DNA from: an uncultured cyanobacterium
GTDB taxonomy: Bacteria; Cyanobacteriota; Cyanobacteriia; Cyanobacteriales; CAWCAG01
DNA length: 64,000 nucleotides
Reading direction: 5' to 3'
NCBI GenBank assembly: GCA_963793425.1
Contig: CAWCAG010000005.1
Location: 800,001-864,000 of the forward strand
Shown: one piece after another, positions 40,129 through 48,734 of the stretch
Layout of the letters: each line of letters begins with the position of its first letter
Numbering within the stretch: the stretch's first letter is position 1
Translations under genes and position numbers: made by a program
The notes under the pieces: model-generated
Told to the model about the DNA's origin: nothing
What the model saw: only the letters and a program-made list of their open reading frames with translations
Databases searched by the model: none

Positions 40129-42783
40129 GTGTCAACAAAACCTACAACTCCCTACTCCTTAACCATGACAGTTCCTCGCCTAGACTTAGCCCCAAAACTA
40201 AAGCGCCCTTTATCTCTTTGGAATCCTTTAGATTATTTGCGTTTACTCTATTGGGTGTTTTATTTTCCACAAGCTTTGCGATGGTATGGGGAAACTTTTG
40301 GTAGTGGGGTGAGTTTGAGTGATAAAAAGACTTGGCGAGAAAAATGGCAGTTGTTAACTGAGGATACTGTACAGCTTAAGTTTTTGCTACAGGGTTTGTT
40401 ACTAACTTTTGTTGCACCATTACTGTTTTATTGGCTATTGGAAAGACGAGGAATTAATATCAGTTGGTTTGGTGTTGCGGTTGGTATTGCAGTAGGTGTT
40501 TTATTTTGCGTTTTGTTGAGCGTTGCAAATGGTGTTGAGGTTGGTATTGCAGCAGGGGTTTCGTTTAGCATTTCGTGGGGCATTTTGTTTAGCGTTGCGG
40601 TTGGTATTGCTGGAGGTGTTGCCACGGGAATTGCAGCATTCGCTGTCTTTAGTGTTGCAGGAGGCATTCCGTTAGGTGTTGTGACAGTTGCAGCATTCGC
40701 TGTCTTTAATGTTGCGATAAGTCTTGTGGCAGGTGTTTCGTTTAGCGTTTCGTTTGGAATTACAATAAGCTTAAGCATACTTCGCTTAGAAGCCTGGCTA
40801 CTTGGCACAATCTTTTTCCCAAATCAGTTGTGGCAAACAAAACTAACTTGGAGTAGGACTACCTATCTTCCCTTGTTTGCCCTCTCCTCTCAGATCAAAA
40901 CATGGATCAATCAAGATGAGTCAATTGCTATAGATAATATCAATCAGATTCTACGCTATACTCTCCAATGGATTCCTGTAGTCAATGCTATTAACCAAGC
41001 ACTAGCAGTAACTCCCAATGAACGAATTATTTGGCGAGTTACTCAGCTAACAAAATCTCCTTTTGACTGGAAGTTAATTCACCTTGCTTCTACTTCTTTG
41101 CAAGAAGAAATGAAATTGAGGGTTGTAGATATTCTTTTCTTGTTTTCTGGTCATTTGCAGCGTAGAATAATCCGTTTCTATCGAGGTACACGCCTTGACA
41201 CATTCCCTCGTGCTACTGCTGCTGGCTTCTGGTATCTCCACGAAAAAGAACCCGCAAAAGCCCTGAAAGCATTCACTATTGTTCGTTCTCTGCTGTATGG
41301 CGAAGAACTCTTCATCCTTGCCCAAACCCTGACTAATTTCCACGAAATCCAAACCCTAAAAGACATTGCAGCAATACCTTTGCCTACTCCTCCCCTGGAA
41401 CCTTGGTTACGCCCCACAACCTGGGAAGCTATAGCAAAATTCCGACGGGCTATTGAAGATATCAAAGTAGTCCAATCTGGAACCTCTCGCGCCGCTAGAT
41501 CCTTGGCTTTGAACCGCGCCCAAGGGGCATTGAAAGAAATATTAGATAACAAAGAAACTCTACCAGAAGCGGAAAGAGAGTTAATCATTGACATTGCTGC
41601 CACTTGGCAAGAAACTCTCCTCAGCATCACCGCAGAAATTGGTGAACTCGCCATCACCCAACCAGTAAAAAATCCCTACATTGTTGGTGATCCTGTCACC
41701 GGGCAGCTTTTCCAAGGTAGAGAAGACATTCTGCGGCAATTAGAAGAACTTTGGGTAATGGGGGAACAACTGCAATCTGTGGTAATTTATGGGCATCGCC
41801 GCATGGGAAAAACCTCTCTGTTACTCAATGCTTCCAACTGTGTAGGAACAGGAATTAAAGTAGCCTTTATTAACTTGCAGATATTAGGAAATTGCCCTCA
41901 AGGAGTAGTTGATATTTTAATTGCGATCGCCGATAGTATTTCTGAAGCAATTAATCTGCCTCCACCCCCAGATGAAGAAATGCTCAGACTGCCCCAACGT
42001 GCTTTTAGACGTTACTTAAAGCAAGTAGAGGAAAAACTTAACCAAGAAAGCTTAATCGTTGCCTTAGACGAATTTGAGAAAATTGAAGAATTAATCACAG
42101 CAGGTAAACTTTCCCCTGACTTCCTGGGTTTCCTCCGAGGTTGTGTACAACTTAGTTCTCGCATTGCCTTTGCCTTTGCTGGTTTGCATACCCTAGAAGA
42201 AATGACCGCAGACTATTTTAATCCTTTCTTCGCCAGCGTCATCCCCATTCCCATTACTTTCCTAACTTCTGCTGCAACCAAAGCAATTTTAACTAATCCT
42301 AGTGAAGATTTCCTCCTCAACTATAGCGGTGCGGCACTAGAAGAAATCTACAAACTTAGTGCAGGACAACCTTATCTTGTGCAGTTAATCGGTTTCCAAC
42401 TGGTACGCCTCTACAACGATTTTGTTTTTGAGCAAGGATACAAACGGGACTCCACTTTTACCAAAGAAGATGTAGAGCAAGTAGTTAACAACGAAGCATT
42501 TTTCCTGCGGGGACGCTACTACTTTGAAGGAGTATGGTTACAAGCGGCACAAGAAACTCCACAACAACAACGAATTTTAACCTTGCTTGCTCCCCAAAAA
42601 GCAGGTTTAACCCTAGAGAAATTAAGGGAAGCAACAGATTGGGAAGAAGAGATTTTGCAGACAGCCTTTAAAACCTTAGAACGCCATGATGTGGTAACAG
42701 AAAAAGAAGGTAAATGGTATATTATCGTGGAATTATTCCGCCGCTGGTGTTGCACCCATTCCCGTAGGGGCAGGTTTGAGTAA
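40129..42783 (+). CDS. Membrane-anchored STAND/AAA ATPase (G/V/A-rich TM repeats, helical region, ATPase, C-terminal wHTH)
   Basis: xVAxG hydrophobic repeats, NPYIVG, FQGRE, Walker A GHRRMGKTS, Walker B VALDEFE, GQPYLVQ. Confidence 0.8.
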   Translation: MSTKPTTPYSLTMTVPRLDLAPKLKRPLSLWNPLDYLRLLYWVFYFPQALRWYGETFGSGVSLSDKKTWREKWQLLTEDTVQLKFLLQGLLLTFVAPLLFYWLLERRGINISWFGVAVGIAVGVLFCVLLSVANGVEVGIAAGVSFSISWGILFSVAVGIAGGVATGIAAFAVFSVAGGIPLGVVTVAAFAVFNVAISLVAGVSFSVSFGITISLSILRLEAWLLGTIFFPNQLWQTKLTWSRTTYLPLFALSSQIKTWINQDESIAIDNINQILRYTLQWIPVVNAINQALAVTPNERIIWRVTQLTKSPFDWKLIHLASTSLQEEMKLRVVDILFLFSGHLQRRIIRFYRGTRLDTFPRATAAGFWYLHEKEPAKALKAFTIVRSLLYGEELFILAQTLTNFHEIQTLKDIAAIPLPTPPLEPWLRPTTWEAIAKFRRAIEDIKVVQSGTSRAARSLALNRAQGALKEILDNKETLPEAERELIIDIAATWQETLLSITAEIGELAITQPVKNPYIVGDPVTGQLFQGREDILRQLEELWVMGEQLQSVVIYGHRRMGKTSLLLNASNCVGTGIKVAFINLQILGNCPQGVVDILIAIADSISEAINLPPPPDEEMLRLPQRAFRRYLKQVEEKLNQESLIVALDEFEKIEELITAGKLSPDFLGFLRGCVQLSSRIAFAFAGLHTLEEMTADYFNPFFASVIPIPITFLTSAATKAILTNPSEDFLLNYSGAALEEIYKLSAGQPYLVQLIGFQLVRLYNDFVFEQGYKRDSTFTKEDVEQVVNNEAFFLRGRYYFEGVWLQAAQETPQQQRILTLLAPQKAGLTLEKLREATDWEEEILQTAFKTLERHDVVTEKEGKWYIIVELFRRWCCTHSRRGRFE

Positions 42784-42823
42784 ATATATAGTATTACCCA
42801 GATATAAATAAACCTGCCCTTAC
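42764..42823. repeat. REP-like palindrome (GTAG-type) overlapping the ATPase stop codon
   Basis: GTAGGGGCAGGTTT...AAACCTGCCCTTAC. Confidence 0.6.
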
Positions 42824-42891
42824 TACCAACAGATAAATTTTAATCAATGGGAGGATGTTAGGCTTTTAAACAAAATCTTCCACCTCTAAGC

Positions 42892-43727
42892 ATGACTAAC
42901 TCCATAAATAAAAAAGCTTTATTAATTATCTCCGTTGCCTCAATTGTCATTTTCTTCCTGCCCCAATTCTTTGGCAACTACTAACCTCTTTTAAAGTTAA
43001 TGAAGATATTTCCGCTATCCCTAACGTTTATTTACCAACTCGTTTTACTTTAGGACATTATCAAGAACTATTTAGCCGTCGCCCCTTTATCCTCTATATT
43101 TTAAATAGCGCTCTTGTCTCCATCACCTCAACCCTTCTCTGCTTAGCATTAGGCGCACCCGCAGCTTATGCTTTAGCAAGATTAAAGTTGCCAGGAGAAC
43201 AAATTATTCTGGGGGCAATCTTAATTATCACCCTTTTCCCCTACGTCTTATTGTTCCTGGGTTTATTAGAAATAGTTAAAGCTGTGGGTTTAGGCAATAA
43301 CTATCTCGCTTTGATCATTCCCTACACAGCCATCAATTTACCCTTAACTATTTTGGTAATGCGTAGCTTTTTCCAACAACTTCCCAAAGATTTAGAGGAT
43401 GCGGCGAAAGTAGACGGTTACAAAACTCTACAAATGCTTTTTAAGATAGTTTTACCCATGACAATCCCGGCTTTAGTAACTACCGGGATTCTTACTTTTA
43501 TTTTCGCTTGGAATGAATATATCTTTGCCCTAACTTTCATCACCCGCGAAACCATGAAAACTATTCCTGTGGCAACAGCACAAATAGGAGGAGCATCAGT
43601 ATTTGAAATTCCCTACGGCCCCATCGCCGCCGCCACAGTTTTAGGAACCCTACCTTTAGTTATCTTAGTTTTACTATTCCAACGTCGTATTGTCCAAGGA
43701 TTAACCGCAGGGGCTGTTAAAGGTTGA
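42892..43727 (+). pseudogene. Carbohydrate ABC transporter permease (MalG-like) with a 1-nt deletion near 42960
   Basis: ATG at 42892 reads MTNSINKKALLIISVASIVIFFL, then the coding sense continues in another frame (APILWQLLTSFK...) into ORF 43188..43727, which has the EAA loop LEDAAKVDG. The 836-nt span is one base short of a codon multiple. Confidence 0.8.
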
Positions 43728-43784
43728 TGGAGCTGGGGAGCTAGGGTGAGAGCAACTAGCCACTAGCCACTAGCAATTAGCAAA

Positions 43785-44219
43785 TTAAGGCTTCTGTTGA
43801 GAGATAGAGAGTTGAAAAGAATGTTGAGCGCCTGAGAGATCCCCTACGCTAATTTTATAAACTCCTTCGGTGAACAAACCAGACATTTCCGGCTTGCCAG
43901 AAAAACTATCTGGTAAAAGGCAAAAACGACCACTAGGCCCATCGACAATTAAAGTAGGTTGCCCTTCTGCTTCTACACTAACTCGCATATAATCAATACG
44001 TTCAGTGACATTAATTACCTGATTGGGGGTATCAGCAACTGAACCGCAATCTCCGGAATTCACAGAACCGCCAGACATTCCTGATAAGGTGATTGGTGCT
44101 GAACTAGAATCTTTACTTACGGTGGTAACTTTGCCTTGACCAACCGCTACTCCTGTACCTAGTAAGGTCATAACTAAGGTCGCAGGTAGGAATGCTTTTT
44201 TGATGATTGTGTCGATCAT
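43785..44219 (-). CDS. Secreted hypothetical protein (PPC-like beta domain)
   Basis: Signal peptide; CG...P....., PTLIVDGP..RFC and G.Y.I.VG pattern. Confidence 0.6.
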   Translation of the reverse strand: MIDTIIKKAFLPATLVMTLLGTGVAVGQGKVTTVSKDSSSAPITLSGMSGGSVNSGDCGSVADTPNQVINVTERIDYMRVSVEAEGQPTLIVDGPSGRFCLLPDSFSGKPEMSGLFTEGVYKISVGDLSGAQHSFQLSISQQKP

Positions 44220-44444
44220 GGTTTTCTCGACCTCTTAAACTAGGTTTGCTTGGTAATAAATCTAGTATCTGAGAAAATATCTCCAATTAGTTAGAGGTAT
44301 GTTCCTGTTTAGTAACTGTCCAAGTCCAAAAAAAGGCAAAATGTAGAAATAACTCCCTAGGCAAAATTAAATAAGATGAGAAAATTTAGCTACGATCTTT
44401 AGTATGACCTCTTAATTTACCAAAGTACTGACACTGAGATAAAG

Positions 44445-44789
44445 ATGAATAGTCCAGAAAGACCCGACTTAGAGCAGAGATTTAAAGAGTTAGAAAGAGA
44501 AGTTAACCAAACTTCATCTACTTCTGGCAATAAATCCACAGAAGTAGAATCCTCTCTGCCCCGCCACGATGAATTTTCCTTAGAACAAACTTTTGAGCGT
44601 TTACAAACTTGGTTTCAGGGGCTGCCCACCATAGCGAAAGTAGCTGTAGCTGTTGTGGCAGCGATGATTGGGTTTTCTTTATTAAACACAGTTTTGAAGG
44701 TTGTGACCTCCCTACTCAGCCTCGCAATCATGGGAGTTGTGCTTTACTTGCTTTATAAGTTCTTCCTTGCACCACGCTCTTCAGAATAG
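44445..44789 (+). CDS. Hypothetical membrane protein
   Basis: N-terminal coiled coil and two C-terminal TM helices. Confidence 0.7.
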   Translation: MNSPERPDLEQRFKELEREVNQTSSTSGNKSTEVESSLPRHDEFSLEQTFERLQTWFQGLPTIAKVAVAVVAAMIGFSLLNTVLKVVTSLLSLAIMGVVLYLLYKFFLAPRSSE

Positions 44790-44828
44790 AATGGGTGAAA
44801 TCAGTACTCGCAGCGTGGGATTTTCTCC

Positions 44829-47015
44829 ATGGCTAACCCGACAATTAAAAGAGGTAAGAAGCGGGTAGGTAGTAGTTATTTACCTCGACCCTTACCTGTT
44901 AGTTTATCATTAATGGCTCGACGCTCTACCGCTTGGTTAGTAGAAGTGTCGATGGTTGCTACGAGTGCTTTGATTCCCTATGGTATTGGTGTTTATATCC
45001 ACCACCATACTGAGCAAAAATCCGTTCCCCTTCATCCTGGGCTAGTAATTACCAAAGAAGTTACCGAAAAAGCCCTGGCCTTATCCCCAGCCCAGGAAAG
45101 ACAGCCCTTAGTTGCCCCTTTGACTAATTTATTGTGGTGGACAGCATTAGGTACTCCGGTTATCTTTTCCGCTTGGCAACTTTATCTTTTAAGCAAAACG
45201 GGTCAAACCCTGGCTAAAAGATGGTTTGGGGTACGGGTGGTTACGGCTGCTGGTGCTGCACCTGGTTTGGGGCGATTACTCTTGCGCGAAGGAGTGGGGC
45301 GCTGGGGTTTACCTGTGGGTACAGGTTATCTAATTTGGCGTTATTTGGGGGCTTTTCCCGATTTAGGTATTTTGCTAGGATTGACGGGGGTAATGTTAAT
45401 AGCAGAGGCTTTATCTTTCAGTGGTCGTCATCGCCGTCGCAGTTTTCATGACCGCCTAGCTGGGACTTATGTGGTTGATGGTAAGGATGATTTTACTAAC
45501 AATCACTACTCAAACCAAACCGCTAGAGTTGTCGAAGTACAAACTAATTGGCAAAATCGAGAACAAGTCTCCTCTGAAGATAATTTTACTACTATAGTTC
45601 TCACGGCCAAAACGGAGGAACAGAACTTCTCTTTCTGGCGATGGATGCGTAATCACCCTGGTTTAACCCTCTTAATTATCTCCTCCGGGGCCTTATTAGC
45701 AATACTAGGAACTTTTGTAGGAACACAAATTTATATTCAAAGCCAAGCTAATCAACGAGAATTTAAGCAGCAAAAAAATGAAACCTTTCTCGCCCTAGTT
45801 AAGCAACTTAGTTCTACTTCTAGTCAGAGTGTTGAGGAGCGCCGGGGGACAATTTTGGCCCTGGCGAGGTTAGAAGATAATCGTGCTGCTCCTATGTTAG
45901 TAGACTTATTGAGCCAGGAGGAGAATCCGACTTTAATTGAAGCTATCAAACAAGCTTTAGTTAGTATTGGCCCAGCTTCTTTGCCTCCTTTACAACGCCT
46001 AAACCAATCTTTACAACATGATAGGGAAACTTTACAAAAAAGCAATTCCTCAGCCGAGGAATTGTTAGTAACCTTACGATTGCAAACAACCCAACGGGCG
46101 ATCGCAAAACTTTTAAGTATTTATAGTGATGAAAAAGTGAGTTTCAATCTCAATCGCGTTAATTTGGGCTATCTCAGTACTGACTACAATCAATTTACCT
46201 TAGTGTTAGAAGAAACTGAGTTGTCGCGCCTTAATTTTAGAGGTGCTAATTTGGCTCAAGCTAGCTTTCGGGGCAGTAACTTCCACAGCCCAGGGAAAGA
46301 TAAGCGTTGGGGGACTTATGACGATGCGATCGCTGATCTGGATGGGGCGAATTTAAAAAAAGCTGATCTCAGAGGAGCTAACTTAAGTAAAGTCTCTCTG
46401 AATCGCGTTAACTTGATGCAGTCTACCCTCAACAGGGCTAACTTAAGCAAAGCTAACTTAAACGGGGCCAACTTAAGCAGCGCTCAAATTATTAATACGA
46501 ATCTCCAAGGAGCAAACTTACAAAATGCTAGCCTCACAGGGGCTGAGTTAGGGTCAGGAGAATTTGAGCAAGCTAATCTTCAAGGAGCCAATTTAGGTGA
46601 GGTACAAGCCCCAGGAGCGCAGTTTAACCAAGCTAATTTAACTCAATCTAATTGGCAAAATGCTAATTTAGCAGAGGTTAGTTTCAAAGATGCCAATTTG
46701 CAAGAAGCAGACTTAAGTAATACTCAACTGAAAGGGGCAAACTTAAGCAATACTCAACTGCAAAACGCCAACCTTCAAGGCGCAAACTTAACTAAAGCAG
46801 ATTTACAGGGAGCCAACCTAACTAATGCAAACTTCCAGGGAGTTGTTTTTGTGGAACAGAAAGAAACCACAAAAGAGCAATTTTTGCAAGCCCCTAACCT
46901 TAATAAATCTGCTGCTCAAATTGAGGGAGCAAACTTCTCTAGAGTCAAGAATCTCAGCAAAAAACAAATAGCTTTTATCTGCGATCGCGGCGGCAAGCAT
47001 CCTCAATGTCGCTGA
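44829..47015 (+). CDS. HglK-like protein (RDD membrane domain, HEAT-like segment, pentapeptide repeats)
   Basis: RRSTAWLVE, GQTLAKRWFG and HDRLAGT RDD motifs, followed by a long A(N/D)L repeat tract; 728 aa. Confidence 0.8.
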   Translation: MANPTIKRGKKRVGSSYLPRPLPVSLSLMARRSTAWLVEVSMVATSALIPYGIGVYIHHHTEQKSVPLHPGLVITKEVTEKALALSPAQERQPLVAPLTNLLWWTALGTPVIFSAWQLYLLSKTGQTLAKRWFGVRVVTAAGAAPGLGRLLLREGVGRWGLPVGTGYLIWRYLGAFPDLGILLGLTGVMLIAEALSFSGRHRRRSFHDRLAGTYVVDGKDDFTNNHYSNQTARVVEVQTNWQNREQVSSEDNFTTIVLTAKTEEQNFSFWRWMRNHPGLTLLIISSGALLAILGTFVGTQIYIQSQANQREFKQQKNETFLALVKQLSSTSSQSVEERRGTILALARLEDNRAAPMLVDLLSQEENPTLIEAIKQALVSIGPASLPPLQRLNQSLQHDRETLQKSNSSAEELLVTLRLQTTQRAIAKLLSIYSDEKVSFNLNRVNLGYLSTDYNQFTLVLEETELSRLNFRGANLAQASFRGSNFHSPGKDKRWGTYDDAIADLDGANLKKADLRGANLSKVSLNRVNLMQSTLNRANLSKANLNGANLSSAQIINTNLQGANLQNASLTGAELGSGEFEQANLQGANLGEVQAPGAQFNQANLTQSNWQNANLAEVSFKDANLQEADLSNTQLKGANLSNTQLQNANLQGANLTKADLQGANLTNANFQGVVFVEQKETTKEQFLQAPNLNKSAAQIEGANFSRVKNLSKKQIAFICDRGGKHPQCR

Positions 47016-47073
47016 TGTTTTGCGAAGAGATGGGGAGCTAGGGAGATGGGGAAGTGACAAATTAAAATAATGT

Positions 47074-47254
47074 GTTCCCCGCAACGCCGTCTTACCTCAG
47101 TTTATGACCTGGGAAACCCAGGTGGGTATCGACGCTCATCGTTTTTAGTTTCCGGGTACTTGCCCGGTTTACTGCCACAAGAGCTGTTGATTCCCTTATA
47201 AATCAAGCATAGATCAAAAAACGCTATTGGCAGTCACCAACGTCGCAGTAGAAC
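47074..47254 (-). ncRNA. ssrS: 6S RNA (cyanobacterial SsaA)
   Basis: Minus strand reads GTTCTACTGCGACGTTGGTGACT...CTCTTGTG...CATAAACTGAGGTAAGACGGCGTTGCGGGGAAC. The termini pair, the length is about 180 nt and the motifs match cyanobacterial 6S RNA. A TAAAAT -10 box lies at 47262-47267. Confidence 0.9.
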
Positions 47255-47441
47255 TTTTCTTATTTTAATAGGTTTTTTAAGGATTGGCGAGGATCTTGTT
47301 GAGACAGCGAAACTTGGTAGCTTGTAGTAGCTTGTATATGAATAAACCGGGTTTGTGATCAGCTTTCTTAGGCAAAAAGAAAAGAAGCTTCTGGACAACC
47401 CGGCTTATTTAACAATTTAACTTTTAATTAATTACCAATCA

Positions 47442-47711
47442 TTACCATTTGCGATCGCCATCTTCATCAACCCTGGCTTGACGAACAACATCAGAAATCT
47501 CTTCGTCATCCTTGATGTGATGTAAAGCCTTTTCTTCCCCATCTTCATCTTTAACTTTTACATAAGCAGGTACTTCTAAATGTTCCCCTGTAATATCTCC
47601 TGTATCGACAGCGAGTTGTTGAGATTTTTCCTCTACTGATTGAGGCTCTTCTTTGATGCGATCGCCGGGATTAATTGGTGCATCTTTTCCGGTTTTACTT
47701 TCATTACTCAT
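47442..47711 (-). CDS. Hypothetical acidic protein
   Basis: 89-aa ORF with AGGAG RBS. Confidence 0.7.
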   Translation of the reverse strand: MSNESKTGKDAPINPGDRIKEEPQSVEEKSQQLAVDTGDITGEHLEVPAYVKVKDEDGEEKALHHIKDDEEISDVVRQARVDEDGDRKW

Positions 47712-47757
47712 TGAATAAATACTCCTAAATTTGTTTGCTTAAAGCAAAAAACTGCTA

Positions 47758-48471
47758 TTAAGTTTTAATTTTCTCAGCTATCTCTAAACTTACAATACAA
47801 GTTAATAACCAAACTAAACCAGCAGCATAACCAGCTACAATGTCAGTTGGCCAATGAACTCCTAAATAGAGACGAGTAAAGCCTATGGTAATTACCAACA
47901 CCGAAGCAACAATAGCAATAGTGTTTCGCCAAGCCTCAAAGCGACGCATTAGCCAGTAGCCAATAAAACCATAAATCACTAAAGAAATCATGGCATGACC
48001 ACTAGGAAAACTTTGATAGCTAACATCAATAATACGGTCCCAAAGAGCTGGCCTTTCTCTGGCAAATAGGTCTTTGAGTAAAAAATTCAGCCCTAAAGCA
48101 CCTACTGCGGTTATTACTAACGTGATAGCATCAGCCCACTTCCGCTTCCAGAATAAAAACACCCCAAATACCAAGCTTAAAATTGTCAAGATAAAAGGAT
48201 CTCCTAATGTGGTGATGCCGATGACAATTTTGTTCAACAAGGGTGTATGAATCTGCTGGATAGCTAATAATATAGAGGTGTCTAAGGCTTGGGTTTCTTG
48301 CTCTAAAACTTCCTCGGCAATTTCAGCAAATCCCCAAATAGCAAAGGCCGCAGTTACCAAACCGCCTATAATCACTGCTGAAAACAGAGGGGCTAATTCT
48401 ACAGTAATTTTCTGTTTCCAAGTTTGGATTAGCTTTCTGCTTAAATTGAAAAGAGGACTTTTGAAAGGCAT
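47758..48471 (-). CDS. PAP2 family phosphatase
   Basis: K...RERP, SFPSGH, TRLYLGVHWPTD. Confidence 0.95.
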   Translation of the reverse strand: MPFKSPLFNLSRKLIQTWKQKITVELAPLFSAVIIGGLVTAAFAIWGFAEIAEEVLEQETQALDTSILLAIQQIHTPLLNKIVIGITTLGDPFILTILSLVFGVFLFWKRKWADAITLVITAVGALGLNFLLKDLFARERPALWDRIIDVSYQSFPSGHAMISLVIYGFIGYWLMRRFEAWRNTIAIVASVLVITIGFTRLYLGVHWPTDIVAGYAAGLVWLLTCIVSLEIAEKIKT

Positions 48472-48734
48472 AGGTAAGTTGATATTTTATTGATAGTTAT
48501 TTGCAGAACTGCTATAAAAGGGGAAACAATAATTCTCTTTCTTAGTAGTTAATTTAAGTTTTTAACTTCAACTGCTATCGAACTTTGCCTAACTGTCATT
48601 CAGTACCTCTTGAGATAATGGCTGATTAGCTTTGCTGAGTATAACTTAAGCCAAGTTCCCAGCACTTCTATGAAAAGACAGAAACTTGAGTCTTAATACA
48701 AAACTTTTTTCTATCCCAAGGTATATCAAATTAA

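Noticed and set aside
40428..41657. Minus-strand ORFs of 126, 92 and 159 aa inside the large ATPase gene
   Set aside because: Antisense shadows of a well-supported CDS; the Thr/Pro/Ala repeats mirror the Val/Gly/Ala repeats on the coding strand.
44829..47015. HglK-like gene as evidence of a heterocyst-forming host
   Set aside because: RDD-pentapeptide homologues also occur in non-heterocystous cyanobacteria, and no other heterocyst genes are in the window.
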